A DNA stretch of 64,000 bases from Macrostomum hystrix. Its lineage: Eukaryota > Animalia > Platyhelminthes. The DNA is taken from NCBI GenBank assembly GCA_950097015.1, contig CATNEN010000015.1:744001-808000 (forward strand), in the 5' to 3' direction. The first letter of the stretch is position 1. Each line of letters begins with the position of its first letter. This document shows positions 1 through 10,905 of this stretch, one piece after another. The notes below the pieces were generated by a model. It did no database searches and was not told the DNA's origin. It worked only from the letters and a program-made list of their open reading frames with translations. The translations under genes and the position numbers were made by a program.

Positions 1-3000
1 TCCGCGCAACTCGCCAGATTTGCCACGCTTGCCGATTTTGCCTTCACCCATCTAGCGAATCGCGTCCATGATGGCCTTCTAGACCTTCTGCGGCTGCTGC
101 GCGATGCCCGCGCCTTCGATGTAGCTGACGTCACTCTTGACGCCCGAACCCTCGATTGCCTCGTACAAGGCCTCAGCCATCTCGTGCAAGTTCAGAGACA
201 TCCCGTCAATCTTAGCATCGGAGCCGGCCTTCGTTTCCCGCTAAGCGGCTTTGTTTTTGCCGACCTGCAAGCAGCTGCGGCCGCTGCCGAAGAAAAATGC
301 GCCGCTGCAGATGGCGGAGCGGACGTGGAGGAAGCTGTGGCAGAGGCGACTCTGGTCGCTCTGAAATTCTGGTTGGATGTTTTTGGTCTGAAAGACGATC
401 AATCCGAAGCGGCTGGCCTACTTGCAGGTGATCTACTCTCTATGGCAACCGAGTCGGCCTGCGGCTACGACTTTTCGAATGAATTCAAAGGTGTTATGAT
501 TGCTCTGCCAGCTCTTTCTGCGGTCGCTGACGTTGGACCAGTGTGGGCGCCGGTTGCTGCTGCTATCGCCCTGGCTGCGTCCCTGACAACAACACTGAAG
601 CTCTGGTCGCTTGTTTCTGTCGCCTGTCCAAGCCTTCGATTCGCTGAGCTCACCGAATTGGAAGATAGTCCGCCTGCGCGCAGCGAGCTGACTGAGCTGC
701 TAGTCGGTGCCCTACTGCCGAGCAAGGAGAACCTGCAGAGGTTTGGCTTGGCTGACTCTGTAGCCAAGTGGGACTGCATAGCAGCCAGAGCTCTACTCAT
801 GCTGGCAGACTCGGAATGCGCTTCTGTCGTAAGGCTGTCGCATTTTACACAGTGTTGAATTATAATACAATACAATACAATAATAACTTAGGCCAGCTGT
901 GCAGTTCCAAAAGATTCTGCAGCTGTGCCGTCCATGGACTGGGAGGCCACCACACCCAGCTATAATTTGTAATCTCATACTGGTAAACGTTTTACAGGTA
1001 GAGGGAAATGAAGCACTAAGGAATTTAGTATCAAAAGCAAATAGTTTCCTTTGAACTGGGATGCAAACTCCCGACCTATCGTGGGAATTCAAATGCTCTA
1101 ATCAATGGGCTACAATCTCCTTTGTGGCTTTGTACTCAGCATGATGCAGATTTGATTCTCCTAGTGCATCAGATTATTCTTTTCCGAAACCCACAGCCGG
1201 TCACTGAGCAGTTGAGCATGTGCCGCCTATTCACTGCGACGGTCCTGCTGCCCTTCAACCTGCCGTCGATCTGCCTGCACAAAGTGCAGAGCTTTCTCTC
1301 TGAGCACACTGGCCAGACTGACTCTCTCTTCAGTGAGTCTGGCGTCTCCAGGATAGAAAATCTGCTGTCAGAGTCTCTTCCAGAGCTACAGGGACTACCA
1401 GTGTCGGAAGAAGACTTGCAGCAGCAGCTGCAATGCCTTTGGAGCCTGTACCTGCATCAGGTTGTCCAGCGCGGAGCTCTGACCGCGGGCCTAGCCAAGG
1501 TCTTTCTTCAAAAGATAGCGGAGAACCAACTGCCGCTTGGCTGCTTTGTGCAGCTGTGGAGCGCTGTCTTTAGCAACGGGGCTGATGAAAGCGATTCAAC
1601 CCGGGCTGCCATTCTAGACTGGGTTGATGAACGATTGAAGATTTCTGCCGGCAAAGAACTGGCGCAGCTTGTGACTGCCCGCATGCCCGGCCATCTGCTG
1701 ACTTCCTGCCCGCCCATCAGCAGCCAATCGCTCCGGGGCGTCGCCTGTACAGCCAGCCCAGGTGTTCCTGAACTTCTTCAACTGCAAGCCTTCAAGGCGA
1801 CCGCTGCTCGTACATTCCATCTCAGTGAAGGTCAACTCACTCTCACTGATGATGGACGGGGTCTTGTTCAGATGATCAGAGATATCGAGCCCCTGCGACA
1901 CGGCCATCCCCTGGTGATCGCTTTCGCACAAGCTGCTCTTCCACTCGCGCCCCTGGCTGATGTCGTGGACTTGCTAGACCGTGAGCTGTCTCTCAGCGTC
2001 CGCGCGAGCCGCCGGCTCCCATTCCTGCCGTTGCCGCAAGTAGAAGATTCCGAAGCCGATCCCGCAGATGCTCACGCGGCTGCGTGCGCTGCTCTGAGCG
2101 ACCTTCTAGAAGCACCACACGATTTGGAGCCTCTCATGCGCCTCATGCCATCGGCTGCCTCAGCGGCTTCGGTTGCCACCGCCTGGGTCGAGCTAGTTTT
2201 TCTCAAACAGTTGGAACGACCGGCCTCCCCTAGCGAAATTGGAGCCGGAGCTGCAATCTGTGACCGTCTGATTCATGAATGGAATGTCAAATTTACTTCT
2301 GGCCCTCACGAAGACATGCTGAACTGGATTCTACGAGGCGGACCTCTTGGCGAAGACCCCAAACTGGTTGTCGCGCAAGAAAATGGCTCAGATTGGCTCG
2401 GCCGGCTATTGACTTGTACAGTGGCGGCGGGAGTAGCTCAGATGATGGGATGCGAGTTTTCCGTGCGTAGTGCCGCCTCTTTGGCTGCTAGCGGCGACTG
2501 CGGCGAACTGGCCAGGCATCTCAGAGATTTGCTGGACGCTAAGCTTCACCTAACAGAGGGGGTCACTTCACTGCGCTGCCCACAATGCCAGGCAGTCACA
2601 GTAATCCCATCGGATTCTCAGTCAATTGAATGCTGCCCCCTATGTGGATGTTATGGCATGCTTAGAACAGAAGTAGTGTCCGTGTCCGAGTTCCCCCGTC
2701 TACCAACTCGGCTGCTCCGTTCGGTCGCCGAAGCCGTGGCCGCACTCCTGTGCCTGTGCGCTGGTGGCCTCCGCGCTGCAACCTCACTGTGCGCAGACCT
2801 CGGACACACCAGCTACGTCTCCGCTTTTATCGAAGAAGCCTGCGCTGAGATGCGTGCTGCGCTCGGCATGGACTGGGATGGCCCGTTCTGGATATTCCAG
2901 CTGCTGCTTGCTGACCTGGCTAGCCAGTTTTCCTCGTCTCCCTGCAAGCTGTTTACGGCATCGCTGCTTCGCTGCGTCGTTTTTGTGTTGACTTGCCGCC

Positions 3001-4761
3001 AGGCACGCATTGCCGAGTTCAAAGCGGCGCGCTTGACCGAGCGGTGCGTCGCTCCAAATGACTGCGCTGCCGCTCAAATTGACGGTGCCCTTTCGCCGGA
3101 CTCTCCCTCTGTGCCTGGAGTTCTCCTGCGTCCTGCCGTGGATGTCAACTGGGCTCTGGCAAGCCACCTCAGGACCCTCTGGTGCGGCCGCCAGATGACC
3201 ATCACTCTTAAGGACCTTGATGTGGATCTGATTCTAGCTGTACTGGCGCACCAGGAGCATCTAGTCCAGATGGGGCACCTCACACAGGTGCTGCATTGGC
3301 ACCGTAGGTGTCAGTCTCTGCTGGACGGGAAGGTGAGCAAGGCAGACTGGGATAAGCTCACCGTTAGCGACATTATTCAGCGCGACTCAGAGGCTAAAGC
3401 CATCTGGCCCTCGGCTGAGCTTGGCCTTCGCAGCCTTGGTGAAACCGACTGTGCCACCACTAGTAGCCGCCTGCACCGCACCCTGCTGACTGACGGCTCC
3501 GCTCTGTCTGCTCTGGCCAGTCGTCTCTGTTCAGCTGCCAACGGTTTTCTTCTGTCCATCTCGGCCATCGCCCTGCAGGGTCGTGGGCTAGGCCACCTGC
3601 TCACGGGCCCACACTCCGTCACCCTGCCAGCCAGGCCCATCACAGTTGTGCAGTGTGCATTCGCATCAGTAAACCAGCCCGACCTGGACCGCCTCGCTGC
3701 CCAGTTCCACAGCCCGAGGGATCCCCGCCTTTCTAGCGCTACCGAGCACATGGACTGGGCTCTGCTCGAGGTGGCCCTTGGTCACCTGGTCACGGTGGGC
3801 AGGTACTGGGCTCTTCCTGCTGTCTGGCGGCCTCAGTTCAGCGACCAAAAGCAGCGGGACCTGGTGGACCTCATGACTCAATTCCGAAGCATGGCAGACG
3901 GTAAAACTGTCGCCTTGAGCGCCGCAGAAGCTGCGAGACTGAAGGAGCTGCAGGAGCAGGACCACACATACGCCAGGTATTCACAGCTTGTTGTGTTAAG
4001 CCCAATTAATTGCTAATTGAAATCTATTTTTTACCATTGTGCTGTAACTTTCTGCCCAATCCATCACACAATGTGCAGGCAGATAACGGAATGTTCAACC
4101 AGCATTCTCCGATACCTCTGCGACCAGGAATGGGCTGAAGGCTTACTGGATCTGCAGCTGCGTGACTTCTCTGCCGACTACGGCTGCCGCTTACTGAGTT
4201 CTTGGCGGCTGCCAGAACCGTTGCCCGACCTCGAGGCGGGCGGCCTAACCCTCGCCAAGCTGCTCAGCCTCACGCAGCTGTCGCTGTGCCAGCAGTTCCA
4301 GCTTGTGCAGCACGAGCTTGCCAGACGGCCCTATCACAGCGCAATCAATGCGGACATCATAGATGAGCTGGTCGAGCTTCTAGCTTCTCCCGCTGCTCTG
4401 CGGCCCGCTCTCGCTGCCTGCAAAGTGGCCTGCGTGCTCCATCTGCTGGAGGAGGGTCACGACACCAGGACCAGCCTGCGCCAGCTGCTTCAGCCTGCGG
4501 GAATTTGGCCAGAAAGCGGCCTTGACGTCAGGGACGAGTTTTTGCAGTCCCTGCCCACAGAGACGACTGTCATGTACCTGTTTCCCCTGTGCGAGGCCCT
4601 GCTAAAACTCGTGAGTTGTGGTCTCCTAAAGTTTCCAAGCTTTCAACTTCCGTTGATAGTTCAATTATCGACCTAGCTTGAAACAATAATTTTAGGACGA
4701 AGAAAGGATTGACTCATCGGAGAAGCTGCAGCGAATGCTGCGAGGCGCGGATGCTGAATGA
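1..4761 (+). CDS. 3' part of a very large multi-exon gene, probable divergent RNF213/mysterin-like E3 ligase (C-terminal E3/CTD region); 5'-incomplete
   Basis: Frame 1 is open from base 1. Manual exons: <1-~851, ~892-~997, 1139-3976, 4079-4610, 4696-4761 (TGA), with GT-AG introns and compatible phases (the first two junctions are less certain). Motifs resemble the RNF213 C-terminus: CPQC..CCPLCG followed by LPTRLLR..AALL; GHLTQVLHWHRRC..KLTVSDIIQ; LLEVALGHLVTVG; RPYHSAINAD..TSLRQLL..SLPTE. Coding status is strong; the family assignment is remote similarity judged by eye. Confidence 0.6.
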
Positions 4762-5099
4762 GCTGGCGACTCCATCCATTTTGCCCCACATTTACCGGAC
4801 TATTGAGAAGCAGAACCACTTACATTTATAAATATTTAACAGCAACTACATATTCAGAAGCTTTGTCATTTATTTGGCGTTTTTACTTGAAACCTATTTG
4901 GATTTTTCACTCGACTGGCATTGTTGCACACCACGAAACCTAAAGTTGAAAAAATTGAATTCGTTTTGTAAAGAGAAAGAAACATAGCAGTTATTTGCAT
5001 AAAATTTGTCCGAGAAATAAGTAAGCAGCACTTACTTGCCTATTCAGATGTGTACAACAAAATCAGCTCGATTTGATCTCAAATCGGTTCCACGTTCTT

Positions 5100-5480
5100 T
5101 AAAAACTCCTTAACAGTAGGACTACCAAGCCATTTTGTCGCCCGTTTTTATATCAGGGGGGGGCGAATGTTTTTGCCAGCGCCTGATGCTTTGGGGGTGA
5201 CTGATTGGTTGACAGACTAGTCCAGGGTGTCCTGTGGTTGAGCTGCGGCTAATAGTTAGGCTTGAACAGTGAAATTGGAGAAATTCGCGTCAGGGTGTCC
5301 ATAGTGGCCTAGTTCCACCTGTTGTAGCTCTTGAAGGTCTAGATAGATGAGAGAGAGATAGATCTAGATAAAGGTCGGTGACCGCCGAAGTCGGAGATGA
5401 TGCAGGCACATTCGGGTGACATGCTGATAAAGTTTGAAGGTCTGGAAAGGCCGCACTGAGGCGCAGTGCAAATTCGTGTA
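5100..5480 (-). promoter_or_regulatory. Promoter-like / LTR-U3-like segment (CCAAT + TATA) facing the 3' end of the upstream gene
   Basis: On the minus strand, AACCAATCAG (plus ATTGG 5204-5208) lies ~50 bp upstream of GATATAAAAA (plus ~5146-5153), inside a GC-richer non-coding block. No LTR termini or TSD found. Confidence 0.3.
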
Positions 5481-6218
5481 TAGGGGTGTGTGAAATACAC
5501 TAGCTCTAATGGGAAAAATCGGACCTTCGGCCAGAAACATTGAATATCTCGACGGTCTTAAGAGCTGGCGACTTGTTTCTTGTTTCAGAAGATGCGCAAC
5601 AAAAATTTGGCCCGTGTTCTTGAGTTTCGTGTGCTTGCATTGTTCCGTTTGGGTGCAGCAAAAGAATTGTCTGGGGGGAATCCCCCTTGGTAGTTCTACG
5701 GTCACACAAAATATTTTTCGCTATCAACATTGTGTGTTCGGTTTTTCCCTCTCTACTTATTCAGCTATTCCTTTTTCCCAGTATGAATAATGTACTACTT
5801 CTGATGCACGATTAGCCTTACAAATACTTGTTACCTACAATTTTTATAGCCTCCACCAGTACGTTATAGTGGAGTCTTCCTCTGCTTTTCAAACCACATA
5901 CCTACATACATGAAAAACGAAATAAAAATAAACTCTGGTAGTCTTCAGTTATTTCTGTTGTGATTCAGTACACAAAATCTTGTTTAGCAGACCAGTCTCT
6001 AGGAGAATCACATTTGACAAGATTATAACATTACTACCTTAAAGACATGGCATGCTGTCAAAGACTCACACATTTACCGGCTTTAATCGAAGTGCATTTG
6101 TCACCCACTGAAAGGTGACTACAGGTCTCACCAATACCAAAAGCAATACACCATGGCTCCCCTGTGTCTAATCATCATTTCTTTTTAATTGCTTAGGTTT
6201 TTTTAGTTTTTTATTATA

Positions 6219-9200
6219 ACTGCTAACCATTGATCCATCAGTGCATCGACCACTGCTAATCCCTGATCCATCAGTGCATCGACCACTGCTAATCCCTGAT
6301 CTATCAGTGCATCGACCACTGCTAACCCCTGATCCATCAGTGCATCGACCACTGCTAATCCCTGATCCATCAGTGCATCGACCACTGCTAACCCCTGATC
6401 CATCAGTGCATCGACCACTGCTAATCCCTGATCCATCAGTGCATCGACCACTGCTAATCCCTGATCCATCAGTGCATCGACCAATGCTAACCCCTGATCT
6501 ATCAGTGCATCGACCACTGCTAACCCATGATCCATCAGTGCATCGACCACTGCTAACCCATGATCCATCAGTGCATCGACCAATGAACCCCTGATCCATC
6601 AGTGCATCGACCAATGCTAACCCCTGATCTATCAGTGCATCGACCACTGCTAACCCATGATCCATCAGTGCATCGACCACTGCTAACCCATGATCCATCA
6701 GTGCATCGACCAATGAACCCCTGATCCATCAGTGCATCGACCAATGCTAACCCCTGATCTATCAGTGCATCGACCACTGCTAATCCCTGATCTATCAGTG
6801 CATCGACCACTGCTAACCCCTGATCCATCAGTGCATCGACCACTGCTAATCCCTGATCCATCAGTGCATCGACCACTGCTAATCCCTGATCCATCAGTGC
6901 ATCGACCACTGCTAACCCCTGATCCATCAGTGCATCGACCACTGCTAATCCCTGATCCATCAGTGCATCGACCACTGCTAACCCCTGATCCATCAGTGCA
7001 TCGACCACTGCTAATCCCTGATCCATCAGTGCATCGACCACTGCTAATCCCTGATCCATCAGTGCATCGACCAATGCTAACCCCTGATCTATCAGTGCAT
7101 CGACCACTGCTAACCCATGATCCATCAGTGCATCGACCACTGCTAACCCATGATCCATCAGTGCATCGACCAATGAACCCCTGATCCATCAGTGCATCGA
7201 CCAATGCTAACCCCTGATCTATCAGTGCATCGACCACTGCTAATCCCTGATCCATCAGTGCATCGACCACTGCTAATCCCTGATCCATCAGTGCATCGAC
7301 CACTGCTAATCCCTGATCCATCATTGCATCGACCAATGCTAACCCCTGATCTATCAGTGCATCGACCACTGCTAACCCCTGATCCATCAGTGCATCGACC
7401 ACTGCTAATCCCTGATCTATCAGTGCATCGACCAATGAACCCCTGATCTATCAGTGCATCGACCAATGCTAAACCCTGATCCATCAGTGCATCGACCAAT
7501 GAACCCCTGATCCATCAGTGCATCGACCAATGCTAACCCCTGATCTATCAGTGCATCGACCACTGCTAATCCCTGATCTATCAGTGCATCGACCACTGCT
7601 AACCCCTGATCCATCAGTGCATCGACCACTGCTAATCCCTGATCCATCAGTGCATCGACCACTGCTAATCCCTGATCCATCATTGCATCGACCAATGCTA
7701 ACCCCTGATCTATCAGTGCATCGACCACTGCTAACCCATGATCCATCAGTGCATCGACCACTGCTAACCCATGATCCATCAGTGCATCGACCAATGAACC
7801 CCTGATCCATCAGTGCATCGACCAATGCTAACCCCTGATCTATCAGTGCATCGACCACTGCTAATCCCTGATCCATCAGTGCATCGACCAATGCTAACCC
7901 CTGATCTATCAGTGCATCGACCACTGCTAATCCCTGATCCATCAGTGCATCGACCAATGCTAAACCCTGATCCATCAGTGCATCGACCAATGAACCCCTG
8001 ATCCATCAGTGCATCGACCAATGCTAACCCCTGATCCATCAGTGCATCGACCAATGCTAAGCCCTGATCCATCAGTGCATCGACCACTGCTAATCCCTGA
8101 TCCATCAGTGCATCGAACACTGCTGACTCCTGATCCATCAGTGCATCGACCACTGCTAATCCCTGATCCATCAGTGCATCGACCACTGCTAACCCCTGAT
8201 CTATCAGTGCATCGACCACTGCTAATCCCTGATCCATCAGTGCATCGACCACTGCTAACCCCTGATCTATCAGTGCATCGACCACTGCTAACCCATGATC
8301 TATCAGTGCATCGACCACTGCTTAACCCCTGATCCATCAGTGCATCGAACACTAGCTGCTAATCCCTGATCTATCAGTGCATCGACCACTGCTAACCCCT
8401 GATCCATCAGTGCATCGACCACTGCTAATCCCTGATCCATCAGTGCATCGACCACTGCTAATCCCTGATCCATCATTGCATCGACCAATGCTAACCCCTG
8501 ATCTATCAGTGCATCGACCACTGCTAACCCATGATCCATCAGTGCATCGACCACTGCTAACCCATGATCCATCAGTGCATCGACCAATGCTAAGCCCTGA
8601 TCCATCAGTGCATCGACCACTGCTAATCCCTGATCCATCAGTGCATCGAACACTGCTGACTCCTGATCCATCAGTGCATCGACCACTGCTAATCCCTGAT
8701 CTATCAGTGCATCGACCACTGCTAACCCCTGATCTATCAGTGCATCGACCACTGCTAATCCCTGATCCATCAGTGCATCGACCACTGCTTAACCCCTGAT
8801 CCATCAGTGCATCGACCACTGCTAATCCCTGATCCATCAGTGCATCGACCAATGCTAACCCCTGATCTATCAGTGCATCGAACACTGCTGACTCCTGATC
8901 CATCAGTGCATCGACCAATTCTGACCCCTGATCTATCAGTGCATCGACCACTGCTAATCCCTGGTCCATCAGTGCATCGACCAATGCTAAACCCTGATCC
9001 ATAAGTGCATCGACCAATGCTAACCCCTGATCCATCAGTGCATCGACCACTGCTTAACCCCTGATCTATCAGTGCATCGACCAATGCTAACCCCTGATCT
9101 ATCAGTGCATCGACCAATGCTAACCCCTGATCTATCAGTGCATCGAACACTGCTGACTCCTGATCCATCAGTGCATCGACCAATTCTGACCCCTGATCTA

Positions 9201-9684
9201 TCAGTGCATCGACCAATGCTAACCCCTGATCTATCAGTGCATCGACCAATGCTAACCCATGATCCATCAGTGCATCGACCAATGCTAACCCCTGATCCAT
9301 CAGTGCATCGACCAATGCTAACCCCTGATCCATCAGTGCATCGACCACTGCTAACCCCTGATCCATCAGTGCATCGACCACTGCTTAACCCCTGATCCAT
9401 CAGTGCATCGAACACTAGCTGCTAACCCCTGATCCATCAGTGCATCGACCAATGCTAACCCCTGATCCATCAGTGCATCGACCAATGCTAACCCCTGATC
9501 CATCAGTGCATCGACCACTGCTAACCCCTGATCCATCAGTGCATCGACCACTGCTTAACCCCTGATCCATCAGTGCATCGAACACTAGCTGCTAACCCCT
9601 GATCCATCAGTGCATCGACCACTGCTTAACCCCTGATCCATCAGTGCATCGAACACTAGCTGCTAACCCCTGATCCATCAGTGC
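6219..9684. repeat. 33-bp minisatellite, ~105 units, consensus GATCCATCAGTGCATCGACCACTGCTAA(T/C)CCCT
   Basis: Directly visible tandem array. The 11-aa periodicity of the ORF-track products (HRPLLIPDPSV / VVDALMDQGLA) confirms a 33-bp period. Length variants also occur, e.g. 31 bp ..CCAATGAACCCCT and 34 bp ..GCTTAACCCCT. Confidence 0.97.
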
Positions 9685-10905
9685 TTTATTATCGATCGCT
9701 CTCACCCCCTCCATTTTGACCCAGCTGCGCTAACCCCCGTTGCTGTCCTTTCATCCCCCATGTCTTATCTTGTTCTGCGGTCTCGCTCGCCTGATAGCCA
9801 ATATAACAAACTGGTAATGGGCTTTGGGCCCAAACTGGCGTGGTCGTCAACTTTCCGCAAATCAGAACCGTTTTCCTTACAGTACGCATCAATATACGAA
9901 TGTACTAATGCAAAAACCGTTTGTAGATAGCTCGTGCATATCTGCGAAACTGGGAGCGGGTGAACACGAGTGGATACACTCGTGGCGCCATTGGACGAAA
10001 GGGGTGTCACGTGACAGCTATGAGTGAATAGCGATATTACCTGCAAAGGTAAACAAATGGTAATGACCGGCTAATGCTCAAGTTTGTTCTTATAGATGAA
10101 GATATTGAATCAATTTTAATCCCGGTTTTTTTCAGAGACCATGGAATTTAAAGTTTTGATTAAACTTTGTTTGTGACGCCATAATTCACTATTCTATTTC
10201 AAAGCTTTCGTTTTCAAAGCTCGCTCCTAAAAGATAGTGAAGAAAATATTATTTGACCATGGCAAGTTATGAGGCGGCAGCAAATAGATTTTCCTGAGAG
10301 TGATGGTGCGTTGCACATGGGTGCACCAATGTTCGAGGACCAATTGTTTTCAGGTGTTCATCTCTATCGAAGCACTGCTTACAGCCCAAAATTGTGCTAT
10401 TTCACCGGCTTATCTAACTCACTTTGACTCTATACTCATTATGGTGATTGGGAAATAAAAAAACTTGGATTTCGTACAGTTTTTTCCGCAAGAATGTATT
10501 CATTTTCTAATTTTCTTTGCTGCAATTAAACTTGATTCTGCAAACGAGCTAATTATCTAAAAGCGGAAAAACCGCGAACGCGAAACTTATCTTGATCGCG
10601 CTAAACTTAATTGGTACACAGTCATCGATAACTACGAGCTAGTAGATCAATCCCGAAACCCACGTCGAAAATCTAATTAACTCCAAAACACTCGCTTGGG
10701 TATTAATTTCGTTTGACTGAAGCACCCACGTAGAACAAGACCGGTTGATTAAATCAGTTGTTGAATTAAAACTGTAAGAGTGTAAATTCGCACTGATAGA
10801 CACAGTTGTCTTTCAAGACTCAACGAAATAGTACTAGTTTACTCTCCATCTCATCAGTACCTCATCGTCCAACGCGTTGGAGTGTCACATCCGTGACCAA
10901 TTTTG

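Noticed and set aside
6168-9551. Many long ORFs on both strands with 11-aa repeats
   Set aside because: They are by-products of a 33-bp unit that is stop-free in some frames. The 31- and 34-bp units shift frame repeatedly, and there are no splice signals or unique coding flanks.
6219-9684. CRISPR array
   Set aside because: The units are head-to-tail with no unique spacers, there are no cas genes, and the context is eukaryotic and intron-rich.
9965-10020. Helitron 3' terminus
   Set aside because: A hairpin is present, but there is no CTRR end about 10-15 bp downstream.
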